Virus record (IMG/VR): IMGVR_UViG_3300044953_000267
Location: 1-62,568 of that record
Direction: 5' to 3' (one strand)
Origin: a virus
Taxonomy: Duplodnaviria; Caudoviricetes
Length of the DNA: 62,568 bases
Below the pieces are notes generated by a model. It saw only the letters and a list, made by a program, of their open reading frames with translations, searched no databases and was not told the DNA's origin. The position numbers and the translations under genes are program-made. Shown piece after piece: positions 27,976 through 38,345 of this stretch. Within the stretch, counting starts at the first letter, position 1. Every line of letters starts with the position of its first letter.

Positions 27976-30900
27976 TTATATATGAACAATCTTAGAAAAA
28001 CCATTTTCCTTTTTGATCTCCAACTGAGTATCAACCATGTCTTTCATAATATCCAAATGGCTTACTACCCATACAAAATCAAAATTGAACTTAAAGTAAG
28101 ACAATAATGATGACATTGAATTTAGATTTTCTTTATCTGCACATCCAAATCCTTCATCAATTGCTATAAAATTAGGACGTGGTAAATTTGATATATTGAT
28201 TAATGCAACCCTAATCGCCAATGAAGATACAAAACGTTCTAATCCACTTGCCATTTCAAGTGCCCATTTTTTACCATCATAATTTATATATCCAATTACA
28301 TTTTTACCATCAGTTTTTAATTCAATAGTAAACTCGACAATTTGTTGTAAAATATTATTTATCTCACCTTCAAGCGTAGGTAACGCCTGAGAAATTAAGT
28401 CATATGGAATTCCATCTCTATCAACTGCCATAACATAATATTTATACGCTTCCTGTTCTAACTGTAGAACCTTTGAGTGTTTGATAGTTTCTTCATAATT
28501 TTTCTTTTGTTCATTTGCAACAGTTTTCTTACCTGTAAAATCAATCAATTTCTTATTAGAAGCTTTTATAGAATCTTCTATAGTTTTAATAATTCCTTTA
28601 ATAGAAATAATGTTTTGATTAATTATTTTATTCTTTTCTATTGCTTCTTTTTCTTTATGATATGCATTAATTTGAGTTTCTATCTTTTGAAGTTCATGTT
28701 CAATAGACTGAATTCTATTTTCATTCTTTAATATTAAATTAGATTCGATATTAATTTTATTTTGAATTTCATTTTTCTTTTTCTCTAACTCTTGATATTC
28801 ATTATTTTTATCAACTGTATATTCTAATTTTTTTGCGTCTTCATTAAGTTTTTGTTCTTCTTTTAATAAAGAATTATAATCAGTTTCTAATATTTTGAGA
28901 TCTTCAATCGTTTGTGTAAGTTCTTTTACAATAGCATTACTTCGACATGCTTCACAGTCTGGATTATATTTGTGTTCCTTTAACTTATTAATACGCTTTG
29001 TCTTTGTATCAATATCATATTTTTTAAAATTGATTTTAGATTTTACTTCCTTGCCCAATTCAATTAGTTCATTATATTTAATAGTATCATCTTTTAATTT
29101 ATTTAAATCAATTTTCTGAATATTTTTATTTTCAGATTCGAGTAAAGATTCAAATTGTGTAAGATAAGGCTTTTGTTTATTAACTAATTCAATTAAATCT
29201 TGTCTTTCTTTTGTTAACTTTGTTTTAGAAGTATTTAATTCATCTATGTTTGTAGGTGCATTTTCTGTGTTTATAAGTTTCTTCGATTCTTCTAGAAGTT
29301 TTTCATTCTGAATTGATAGTTTGTCATTCAATATATTTAAAGCAGCATTTTCTTTGTTTAATTCTGCATCTAAAATAACAATATCATGTAATCTTTCTTC
29401 TAATAATCTAGGATAATCTGTTTTTTCATAGGTTTTTAACAAGGTATTTATTTCTTTTGACTTATCTTTTGATGCCTCTGTCAATTTATCGAAAATAGTA
29501 ATTCCCATAAATTTAGAAATTAGATCTTTTCGATCAGCTTGTCCCATATCAATAAAACTTCCTTGATTATTGTTTTGAATACTCAAAACAGTCAATAAAA
29601 AGTCTTCATATGTACCAAGATATTCACGAATTACATCGTTAGTATTGCGTCTAGCTTCTCCATTTAAGTCTTCAATATTACCATTTATGTTACGGTAAAC
29701 TTTTACATCAACTTTTACATTACCCTTCTTATCTTGTACACCTTTGCGTTCAATAAAGTAATCTATATTATCAATTTCAAAGTTAAATTTACAGTTGAAA
29801 CTCATTTTTTGAGTATTCATCACATGAATTGCTTTAAATGCGCGGTCACATTTATCGAAAATACAGTAACAAAGCGCAGACAAAATACTACTTTTCCCTG
29901 ATGCATTATTTGCGAACAATCCAATAATATTTTTCATATTGGAAAAGTCAATCACATTACCACTTCCATATGAAAACATATTTTCAAATTCAAACTTTTT
30001 TGGTTTCCATCTGATGTTACGAACATTCAAATCTTTACTGATTTGATTATTCATTTCTTTATTAATGTTGTATACTTGTTTAGCCAAATCTTCTTTTAAA
30101 TTGATAGATCTATTCTCGAAAAATGCAGAGATTAATCTATTTTGGTAATCTAAGTTTCCAACATTATTTACATTTAAGTTAGTTACATCAATGATATTTT
30201 TCTTTTCAGATTCTTTAAAGTCTATTTTTTCATAAACAACTTCCAAAACATCAGACGTTTCTTTGATTTTCTTTAAGACTTTTTCTATCTCTGCTTTAAT
30301 TGTTTGATTGCATTTGGCTCTAAGAAACACCTTTTTAGGAAGATTATCCACAGAAGTGTATAACTTTCCATTCTCTATTTCTACTGTGTAAAATCCATAA
30401 TCATTTTGAATTTCAGTATGAGAATATTGCTTTGTTTTTAAATCCCATAAAACATATCCATGTCCATTAATTTTTTCACCATGATTTTGTTGAATCAATG
30501 ATCCGGCATAAACAATTGCTGGTTGACTGTAATTATCACTGTATTCTTGCAAACGTTGATGATGATGAATATCTCCGAGCAAAACAATGTGATGTCCATC
30601 AAACGTATTATTGTTTATAGTTTTACTGGCAATACGAAATCCATAGTCAGTCATAGCATCTTGAACTGTACCATGATATAAAGCAATATGATGTTCAGTT
30701 TCATTCAATGCTTTCTTTGGAATTTTAAAATAATTTATATATTGCGTATAATCATCAAAAACACAATAATGATTAAATAATATATTTCCAAAAACATAAA
30801 TTCCACCATCTCTTAAGAAAAAGAGATTAGGATGATTAATTGCATTAACAACAGGAGACGAACTGTCTAATCTATTTTTATTATTTAGATTAGAATCATG

Positions 30901-31176
30901 ATTTCCGGGAATTAATATTGTAGGACGAAGGTCCGCAATATTTCTAAGAAAATCTACGGCAATTTGTAAACATTCTGGAGTTAGCTCACATTTACTATGA
31001 AATAAGTCTCCCAAAATTGCGACCGCCGTTTCTTGTGGAGTTTTTTGAATTTCAGCATACAATTTTTGAAACACTTGAACATACTCTTCGTGACGCTGAC
31101 GAAGACGAATGTGAATATCTGAAATATGCAAGATATGCGTGAATCGTTTTACTGATGGATATAAGTAATTTATCAT
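27976..31176 (-). CDS. Fused Mre11/SbcD nuclease-Rad50/SbcC ATPase (T4 gp47-gp46-like)
   Basis: SDIH, GDLF, GNHD, GDIH phosphoesterase motifs; NASGKSS Walker A; coiled coil with CEAC hook; ASGLE signature; IAIDEGFG. Confidence 0.92.
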   Translation of the reverse strand: MINYLYPSVKRFTHILHISDIHIRLRQRHEEYVQVFQKLYAEIQKTPQETAVAILGDLFHSKCELTPECLQIAVDFLRNIADLRPTILIPGNHDSNLNNKNRLDSSSPVVNAINHPNLFFLRDGGIYVFGNILFNHYCVFDDYTQYINYFKIPKKALNETEHHIALYHGTVQDAMTDYGFRIASKTINNNTFDGHHIVLLGDIHHHQRLQEYSDNYSQPAIVYAGSLIQQNHGEKINGHGYVLWDLKTKQYSHTEIQNDYGFYTVEIENGKLYTSVDNLPKKVFLRAKCNQTIKAEIEKVLKKIKETSDVLEVVYEKIDFKESEKKNIIDVTNLNVNNVGNLDYQNRLISAFFENRSINLKEDLAKQVYNINKEMNNQISKDLNVRNIRWKPKKFEFENMFSYGSGNVIDFSNMKNIIGLFANNASGKSSILSALCYCIFDKCDRAFKAIHVMNTQKMSFNCKFNFEIDNIDYFIERKGVQDKKGNVKVDVKVYRNINGNIEDLNGEARRNTNDVIREYLGTYEDFLLTVLSIQNNNQGSFIDMGQADRKDLISKFMGITIFDKLTEASKDKSKEINTLLKTYEKTDYPRLLEERLHDIVILDAELNKENAALNILNDKLSIQNEKLLEESKKLINTENAPTNIDELNTSKTKLTKERQDLIELVNKQKPYLTQFESLLESENKNIQKIDLNKLKDDTIKYNELIELGKEVKSKINFKKYDIDTKTKRINKLKEHKYNPDCEACRSNAIVKELTQTIEDLKILETDYNSLLKEEQKLNEDAKKLEYTVDKNNEYQELEKKKNEIQNKINIESNLILKNENRIQSIEHELQKIETQINAYHKEKEAIEKNKIINQNIISIKGIIKTIEDSIKASNKKLIDFTGKKTVANEQKKNYEETIKHSKVLQLEQEAYKYYVMAVDRDGIPYDLISQALPTLEGEINNILQQIVEFTIELKTDGKNVIGYINYDGKKWALEMASGLERFVSSLAIRVALINISNLPRPNFIAIDEGFGCADKENLNSMSSLLSYFKFNFDFVWVVSHLDIMKDMVDTQLEIKKENGFSKIVHI

Positions 31177-31178
31177 AA

Positions 31179-32102
31179 TTATTTTAGTTTCAATCTAATC
31201 AAATTTTTAAAAGTTAGTGCTGGCGTATTATTTATTATGTTCCAAGTTTTTTCAAAACCTAATGAAGAAGGATCTTTATCTGGTAACTGAACCATATGTG
31301 TTGGTATTCCATTTTTTAGTAAAAACTCACATATTTCAATTGCATCATCGGTTGCATCATTATCTAACAATACATTTACTTTAGGAACATCTGATTCTAA
31401 TAATTTTGTTTTTAATTTTTCTGACAAATTTTTTCCAAACAAAGGAATACTATTTCGTCTCACTGCAATTGCATCAAATTGTCCTTCAACTAAAGTAATA
31501 GGTTCTTCAAAATTGATAAAGAGTTCAAATCCAATTATGTTTTTACTAGATGAACATAACTTATATTTCATATAATCATTTCCATAATAATCTCTAGCAG
31601 AAAAGAAATTCAAAATTCCATCCGAATCATACGAAGGAATTACAATTCGTCCTTTATATAAACCGGAATCACAATATCCCATATTATATCTTAAAATATC
31701 ATGTCTTCTAATATTTCTTTGTAGTAAATATTTTATTGCATTTTTATAATCAGGATCATTGACGGGCACATACAAAGGTTTAAATTCAGATGGAAGTTCT
31801 ACTTTAGTATCAATTGAACACGACTTATTATTATTTGTTGGTCCTGTATATAATGATAAATCATTTAAAATGATATAGTATTCAGACGAAGCATTAAATT
31901 TTTTAAACAACGATCCTAAACTTACTCCTCTAAAATTGCATACCCAACAATTATATTTACCTGTAAGTAAATTAATTTCAAGTTTTCTTTTATAGTGATT
32001 ACAAATTGGACAAAAGTATACTGCATCAGTTCCTTTTCTAATTTTAGGAGTCTGATTTAGTAATTTATTCAGAGTTGTTAAAATTAATTCTTGCTTCAAC
32101 AT
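31179..32102 (-). CDS. DNA primase (Zn finger + TOPRIM)
   Basis: CPIC...CWVC; RIVIP; VEGQFDA; LDND; KDP. Confidence 0.9.
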   Translation of the reverse strand: MLKQELILTTLNKLLNQTPKIRKGTDAVYFCPICNHYKRKLEINLLTGKYNCWVCNFRGVSLGSLFKKFNASSEYYIILNDLSLYTGPTNNNKSCSIDTKVELPSEFKPLYVPVNDPDYKNAIKYLLQRNIRRHDILRYNMGYCDSGLYKGRIVIPSYDSDGILNFFSARDYYGNDYMKYKLCSSSKNIIGFELFINFEEPITLVEGQFDAIAVRRNSIPLFGKNLSEKLKTKLLESDVPKVNVLLDNDATDDAIEICEFLLKNGIPTHMVQLPDKDPSSLGFEKTWNIINNTPALTFKNLIRLKLK

Positions 32103-32108
32103 CTATAC

Positions 32109-32750
32109 CTACACACTATCAGAAAGGTATTTCTTCTGCAAGTTTTTTTCTTTATCTGGTTTTGACCAAGGATTTTTATCCAATGCCACCGCTATTTTCA
32201 TTAATTTAATCGGATCAATCGGAGTTTCTACATCTTCGGAAATATTTTCAGATGCCTCTGATTTTTGAGATGTTTCATCTATATTTTCTGAGTCTTTATC
32301 GTTATTCTTAACATCTTCAGATTGAGATGTTTCAGTTGGTTTAGATTTAGGAATATAACCTATTGCATTTCGAGACATAATACCATGAATCAAATATCTA
32401 CAATAATCATCAAACATAGATTTATAATAATCATATGCATTTATTATATCGTCATATTGTTGATCTGTCAATTTAATTTTTACTGTATTTTTTGATTCTG
32501 ACCAATGAAAAGCAGGAACTTCTAATATCATACAAATAATATTCGATAATAAAGTTTTATAAAATTTATTTCTAATTATTATAAATCTATTAGTGGGAGG
32601 ATCTACAGAAACAAAATCTTCTTCTGAACAATTGTATTTCTTACAAAGTCTTTGGAATTTTTCTTTCGCAGCATCCGCTTCACCACCCACTCCCGCATCT
32701 GCCAATTTTTTTACTTTCTTTATAAGTTCAAGTATCGTTTGCCTATCCAT
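32109..32750 (-). CDS. DUF2786-like N-terminal domain protein
   Basis: IKKVKKLA....GEADAA...RL.KKY. Confidence 0.6.
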   Translation of the reverse strand: MDRQTILELIKKVKKLADAGVGGEADAAKEKFQRLCKKYNCSEEDFVSVDPPTNRFIIIRNKFYKTLLSNIICMILEVPAFHWSESKNTVKIKLTDQQYDDIINAYDYYKSMFDDYCRYLIHGIMSRNAIGYIPKSKPTETSQSEDVKNNDKDSENIDETSQKSEASENISEDVETPIDPIKLMKIAVALDKNPWSKPDKEKNLQKKYLSDSV

Positions 32751-32751
32751 A

Positions 32752-33285
32752 TTAATACATAGAACATACTATTGAATCATACATATCAAAATTTCGATCA
32801 TCCCAATTTCCATTCTTTTTAAATTTATCCCATTTCGATAACGATACTATCTTTTCTAATTCAGATTTAACAAATTGTTTGGATGGTATTCCTTTAATTC
32901 TACATTTACCAAATGCCTTTTTTCTCATTTTATTTACACTAATTAAATTAACAGGAATTTTCCAATGCTCTCCTATAATGTATTCAAAAATAGCATTGAA
33001 TCTAGCTAATTTTATTATAACTTGCTGACTTGTTCTGCCTCCCATAAATCCACTAAGGGCAGCTTCTAAATTTATTTTTTCTATATCTTTTATTAGTTTA
33101 TTATTATCTAATACAAAAATAACATGTAAAGTTTTATCTTTATTATTTTGTAATTTACTGATATCAATAAATCCACAATCTAATATCTCACCAGAATGTT
33201 CTTTACGACCATTGGGTCCGATTCCATCATTAAAAAAAGACCACCCAACGGTGGCCGTACTAGCATCAAATCCTAAAATAACCAT
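32752..33285 (-). CDS. RuvC-like Holliday junction resolvase
   Basis: ILGFDAS..TVGW, LE, D.YDSIV acidic catalytic pattern. Confidence 0.8.
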   Translation of the reverse strand: MVILGFDASTATVGWSFFNDGIGPNGRKEHSGEILDCGFIDISKLQNNKDKTLHVIFVLDNNKLIKDIEKINLEAALSGFMGGRTSQQVIIKLARFNAIFEYIIGEHWKIPVNLISVNKMRKKAFGKCRIKGIPSKQFVKSELEKIVSLSKWDKFKKNGNWDDRNFDMYDSIVCSMY

Positions 33286-33307
33286 ATATTATATATATGG
33301 ATGAAAA

Positions 33308-33604
33308 TTATTCTTTATATTTTTTATTTGAAAATCCTTTAATATAAGTTGATAATTGGTTTGAATTACTATTAATACGATCTGGTACATCTGAAAAATC
33401 AGACAATCCAACTGGTTGTTTGGTTCTAAATTTACCTTTTGTTAAAGAAAATAATTGTCCTTTTAACGAATCATCATATGTTGGTGCTAAATCGTCATCT
33501 GAAGTTACAATATTTTTTGCATCAAATGATCCTCCAACCTTTTGGTTGTTGTATCTGTTTACAAGATCCGTATTCAATGATTGTCTATTAATAGGAGTAG
33601 GCAT
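33308..33604 (-). CDS. Hypothetical protein
   Basis: Intact ORF with upstream TATTTATA. Confidence 0.6.
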   Translation of the reverse strand: MPTPINRQSLNTDLVNRYNNQKVGGSFDAKNIVTSDDDLAPTYDDSLKGQLFSLTKGKFRTKQPVGLSDFSDVPDRINSNSNQLSTYIKGFSNKKYKE

Positions 33605-33631
33605 ATATTATCTTTCTATTTATAAATATAA

Positions 33632-35947
33632 TTAAATATCCCATTTAACTAAAATATTTAAAGGTAATTCCCCAGAATTTTTTATGGGTGTGCCTAATTT
33701 TGCAATAGCGACTAATTCAGTTCCAGAATACAATCCAATTGATGTCACATATGGAGCCAAATACGAGCCGGTTTTATCTAATGAAGAACTATATTGAAAA
33801 TTAAAAAATTCAGGAACTATTTTTCCATATCCATTTTTTCCAACTTGTGTGTCTAAATATGAAATAATTGATTCTAACGCTTTGCGGGTAGATTTTGTAT
33901 CTACAAATTTAAACACTGTATTTTTATCAAGTTTGTTTATAAAATACTTCCATATCAAATACATGTCACTAAATGATATTTTATTATTACCATCAATATC
34001 AAATAAATCATATACAGATTCAAGTTTAGTTGTATATGAAGCTAAATATGTAGAAGGAACATTAGTTAAATTATATTTGGAATAATAATATAAAAACCAG
34101 TAATATTCTCCTTCATCGAATGTAAAATAATTAAACCATTCTTGGTCTGCGTTTAACATATTACTAATATATCTAAAAATAAGATCCAAATCAATAAAAC
34201 TAAACTGTTGATTATTATCAATATCAAAATTAAATGTATTTCTTATTAAAGCCGTTGGGTTTGTACTATAATTAAATTCTCCCGGTTCTACTCGACAAAC
34301 AATTTGCTTTTCATATAAAGTAACTTGAGATTGATAATTTATATCAAATTTAGGAGCTTGGGAATTTATACGATTTTTTAGTAAATTATCAAAATCAGAT
34401 CCACTATTAGATAAAATTAATTTTCCATTTCTATAAAAAACATTACCAACTTGATAGTTTCTCGTTAAATTTTTTATATCATAAATATATGACAATCCGA
34501 ATACACTAGATGAGAAAGAACCAGTAATATTTTCAGGGTCATGTAAATTTACTGGAGAACCAACAATTATATCATCATTTGTGATAGAAATACTTTGTCC
34601 AAATGTAGAATGCGGATAATTTATTTTTTTCTTTTTTGTGACTAAATCAAACATATCCCATTGAGGATCTAATAATGACGATGTATTAAGTTTATAAATT
34701 TGAAATTGTCCTATTATCAAATTAGTTGAATTAAACACATCGTTGATAGTATTAGCTATATAACTTGAAGAATACGTGGTGATATCTAATACACTAGATG
34801 CAACTGCATAAGTGTTTGTCATATCAACACAATATCCAAAATTGTTCGTTTTTTGTAAATCAGCATCACCAAATGATTTTTCTATCAAATAATAATCTGT
34901 TGCGTCATTACATTTATTATAAAAATATACCGCTCCTCTATTTCTTAATGTAGATGCACCTTCATATTCACGATAATACATGTCACTTGGAGATCCAACC
35001 ATTAGAAAATCTCCGTATAATGCTACACTTCGACCATATCCGCTTCCACTTGCAACATTTTCAATATAAGGAGGAAAATCTACATTATTTAAAGAACCAG
35101 TTAATGTTCTATCTTCAAAAACAGTTTCTGATTTTGCCCAGAACCCGGTAGATGAATTATAAGTATAAACATCAACGCCAAAAATTGACGACGTTGAAAA
35201 ATTACCAACGGCAATTCGCTTTGAACCGCTTGGATCAATTTTTACAGATCCTCCGTATCTATGTCCAGCCGCAGACCCTGAAAAACTTTGATACAAATCC
35301 CAAGTATTGCTTAACGATTGAGTATAAATATAAAATGCTCCTGACGTATTACTAGATAAACTAGAACCTACAACCAACACGTTTCCAGCAAGAGATATAG
35401 ATTCTCCAAGCGTATTGTTTACTTCGTAAGATGAGCTGTTGTATATAACATAACTTGGAGATGCCACACTTGCACTTGATGTTATTGAACTTAAATTATA
35501 CAATTCTATTGTTGCAGAGCCAGTCAATATAGCAGATGTAGGAAAATTTTTATAATAAAAATAAGGACATCCTATTGCTAATATAGAACCAGATAAAGAT
35601 ACTGATGTTCCAAATCCATCACTTAGTTTTATAATACTAGCTGAGTCAAGATCGATTAATAAATTTAAACCATTTGCATTTGATGATGTATCTGCATTCA
35701 AAAATGTTTCTATAGCACTACTCGTATCAACTGCTAAAACAGAATTATCATTAAATGAATATGTCTTCTTTATGTTTTTTAAATATTGATAACTGTCATA
35801 TTCACTAGAATACTTATAAACATATACACTACCTGTTCCTACATAAGTGTTATGTAAATAAAAAGAAGAAGGATTTCCGATAACTGCATATGTTGCATTT
35901 ATATCGGTTGCCGTTCCATATTTAAATTTTTCAAAATTTTCGCTCAT
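33632..35947 (-). CDS. Virion protein with FG-GAP-like beta-propeller, paired EF-hand/dockerin-like loops and tail-collar-like C-terminus
   Basis: FGTSVSLSG..LAIGCP, YGRSVAL..LMVGSP, FGQSISI..IVGSP; DIDNNQQFSFID and DIDGNNKISFSD; IGLY..ELVAIAKL..PI. Confidence 0.7.
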   Translation of the reverse strand: MSENFEKFKYGTATDINATYAVIGNPSSFYLHNTYVGTGSVYVYKYSSEYDSYQYLKNIKKTYSFNDNSVLAVDTSSAIETFLNADTSSNANGLNLLIDLDSASIIKLSDGFGTSVSLSGSILAIGCPYFYYKNFPTSAILTGSATIELYNLSSITSSASVASPSYVIYNSSSYEVNNTLGESISLAGNVLVVGSSLSSNTSGAFYIYTQSLSNTWDLYQSFSGSAAGHRYGGSVKIDPSGSKRIAVGNFSTSSIFGVDVYTYNSSTGFWAKSETVFEDRTLTGSLNNVDFPPYIENVASGSGYGRSVALYGDFLMVGSPSDMYYREYEGASTLRNRGAVYFYNKCNDATDYYLIEKSFGDADLQKTNNFGYCVDMTNTYAVASSVLDITTYSSSYIANTINDVFNSTNLIIGQFQIYKLNTSSLLDPQWDMFDLVTKKKKINYPHSTFGQSISITNDDIIVGSPVNLHDPENITGSFSSSVFGLSYIYDIKNLTRNYQVGNVFYRNGKLILSNSGSDFDNLLKNRINSQAPKFDINYQSQVTLYEKQIVCRVEPGEFNYSTNPTALIRNTFNFDIDNNQQFSFIDLDLIFRYISNMLNADQEWFNYFTFDEGEYYWFLYYYSKYNLTNVPSTYLASYTTKLESVYDLFDIDGNNKISFSDMYLIWKYFINKLDKNTVFKFVDTKSTRKALESIISYLDTQVGKNGYGKIVPEFFNFQYSSSLDKTGSYLAPYVTSIGLYSGTELVAIAKLGTPIKNSGELPLNILVKWDI

Positions 35948-35949
35948 TA

Positions 35950-36570
35950 TTATATAGGAGAAAGTTCTTGAAATTTATTAAAGTAACTTCCACTAAAAAT
36001 TAAGTTTGTTTTTCCATCATCGATAATAGTATATGCTTCGTCAAATTGATTATCATATATAACAACACTGTTTGGTACAATCTTTTCTCCGAAATTAGAC
36101 TTATTTAAGCTAAATACATCCATTGCATCTGTTAATAACCTCATCGAAGAACTTAAATTAATATTTTCTAATCCTAATAATTCAGTAGGATTATCATAAG
36201 TATTAAAAAATAATCTTTGATGTGTATTATAAACTACTCGCATATAACTACCATCTTGATTACGAGGGTTTGATTCTGAAACATATTCGAACATTCCCTC
36301 TGTAAAAAATGTACCTGATTTTTTAATACCTCGTTGATAGGTTATGTATGAATTTACATCTTGTTGTTGTAAAGCCAGATAACTACTACTATTCACATAT
36401 GGCGTTGTAGATCCGTCGCCATAATCAGTATAAATTGCAGATAATTCCCCTGTTAAAGATCCTGACATCCACAAAATTAAATCTTCATTATCTAAATTTT
36501 GTAAGTTCCAAGATTTTTGTGCAATAAAGGGAGTAACTTGAATATCATCTTTATTTAAATTTTTTATCAT
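35950..36570 (-). CDS. Putative baseplate/virion protein
   Basis: FGEKIVPNSV...IDDGKTNL; in tail operon. Confidence 0.55.
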   Translation of the reverse strand: MIKNLNKDDIQVTPFIAQKSWNLQNLDNEDLILWMSGSLTGELSAIYTDYGDGSTTPYVNSSSYLALQQQDVNSYITYQRGIKKSGTFFTEGMFEYVSESNPRNQDGSYMRVVYNTHQRLFFNTYDNPTELLGLENINLSSSMRLLTDAMDVFSLNKSNFGEKIVPNSVVIYDNQFDEAYTIIDDGKTNLIFSGSYFNKFQELSPI

Positions 36571-36573
36571 TAT

Positions 36574-37671
36574 TTAAAAATCTAAACGAACACGAATTAA
36601 CAACTCATTATTAAAATCCTTTTGAACTGGTTGGCTTAACTTTGCAACCGCAACCAATTCATTCGATTCGTCATACAATCCAATTGTTGTTGGATATGTT
36701 TTTGGATCTGTTAAAAATTCTGTAATAAGTATAGTTCCTTTGGTATTACCATCAGTACCATCCGATACGTAAGTTGGATTATTACTGTAATTAAAATCTT
36801 GATTTTTAACACGCACAAAGTATTGTCTTGAAGGTAAAAATTCAGATTTTCTTACTTTCATTATACTTTTTTCAGCAAGAGTCAATCCTGCATATAAATA
36901 TTGTTGATTTACTTTATAAGCTCCGGTATTACTTCTATTTAATGTAATACCAATACTTGAACTTAATGTAGTAGCGTTTAAAACAACAATACCAGTTTTT
37001 GGATAAAATAGTCCCAAAGCTTTGTAATGTAATACACTGCTCGACAACGATGCACTTGGTACACCATCAACAATACTACCACTGATAATATTATAAACAT
37101 CTTGTTGCGTTTTAACTACAGAAGAATCGTCTATAAAAGTAAATAATCCTATCGATCCGCTTAAGCTAAATTGCAATTGACCTTCATCTACTCTGTCTTT
37201 ATATTTATCATTTGCAAATGTAATAACAAATATCGAGTCTGAGTTTGTTGTAGAAGTTGAATCAGTAATAATACTGCTTATATTACTATAACTTCCGGTT
37301 TTAAAACTAAACAAAGTATCTGTTGGACTTAATAAATAATTTTTATATTGAGAATATATTGCTTTAGTAGGATTTGCTAAACTACTTGTGTCGGCAGTTC
37401 CAGAACCAGAACCATAATAATCTCCATATGCTATAGAAAAGTGAACTTGTGCGCTCGCAAAAAATAAAGGATTTGATGAATATACATCATAATAATATAA
37501 TCCATTCTTAATATCATTAGTTCCACTGGATCCTGTTATTTGTGTTTGTGTAGATGACGTAAACAATGCAGATTGAGAATGCGCAAAGTTACCATCTGAC
37601 CAAAAACCAGATGAAACTCTGTTAGTTCTTCCTAAAACAACATCGGAATCAGAAAATTTGCTAAATATCAT
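36574..37671 (-). CDS. Putative baseplate/virion protein, C-terminus paralogous to 33632..35947
   Basis: FNYSNNP...TTIGLYDESNELVAVAKLSQP. Confidence 0.6.
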   Translation of the reverse strand: MIFSKFSDSDVVLGRTNRVSSGFWSDGNFAHSQSALFTSSTQTQITGSSGTNDIKNGLYYYDVYSSNPLFFASAQVHFSIAYGDYYGSGSGTADTSSLANPTKAIYSQYKNYLLSPTDTLFSFKTGSYSNISSIITDSTSTTNSDSIFVITFANDKYKDRVDEGQLQFSLSGSIGLFTFIDDSSVVKTQQDVYNIISGSIVDGVPSASLSSSVLHYKALGLFYPKTGIVVLNATTLSSSIGITLNRSNTGAYKVNQQYLYAGLTLAEKSIMKVRKSEFLPSRQYFVRVKNQDFNYSNNPTYVSDGTDGNTKGTILITEFLTDPKTYPTTIGLYDESNELVAVAKLSQPVQKDFNNELLIRVRLDF

Positions 37672-37675
37672 AATA

Positions 37676-38305
37676 TTATACGGTTACTTTTACTGGAATT
37701 GTTAAACTGCCTCCACTTTCATTGCCAACAATCGTAATTGTTGTTGTAGTTGTACGAGTCAATGCTGAATTAGGTACAAATTTAAATTGCAAACCAACAA
37801 CAACTTGTGAACTTTCAGCCACTGCATCTCCTGCAAAGCTTGGAATTGTACTCGAAACAGAATTTATACTATTAACTTGAGTTACAATAAGACTTCCAAT
37901 ATTTTTATTTCCAAGAATTGCAGTGTATCCTAACGTTGTATTGTATGTAGGATTTGTACTCGGAGAAATGATTATATCAGCGGCATAACTCTTTGGCACA
38001 TCGATTGAAGTTTGTGCAACGCTGATAATTGGAATCGCAGTAACACCAGATGGTAAAGTTACTAACTTATATTTCATTAATTGCGATTCATCACTAAATG
38101 GTTCTAATACAGGAGTATTTCTGATTGCTAAATCATAATAAGCAGATCCTAACGGATGATTTGATTGATACAAAGTATAATCAATTTCATCATCTGCTAA
38201 TGCAAACGATGTTATATTTAAATTTCCGTTCTTTGCGAGCAATTCTCTTCCTTTTTTAGTTAGAGTTGCAGTCACTGTAATTGTATTGTTGTCTAGATAT
38301 GCCAT
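37676..38305 (-). CDS. Putative baseplate/tail-collar protein
   Basis: LTKKGRELLA...ITSFALADDEIDY. Confidence 0.6.
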   Translation of the reverse strand: MAYLDNNTITVTATLTKKGRELLAKNGNLNITSFALADDEIDYTLYQSNHPLGSAYYDLAIRNTPVLEPFSDESQLMKYKLVTLPSGVTAIPIISVAQTSIDVPKSYAADIIISPSTNPTYNTTLGYTAILGNKNIGSLIVTQVNSINSVSSTIPSFAGDAVAESSQVVVGLQFKFVPNSALTRTTTTTITIVGNESGGSLTIPVKVTV

Positions 38306-38345
38306 ATTATTAATAAATATATGTTATATTATTTTTTATTAAATA

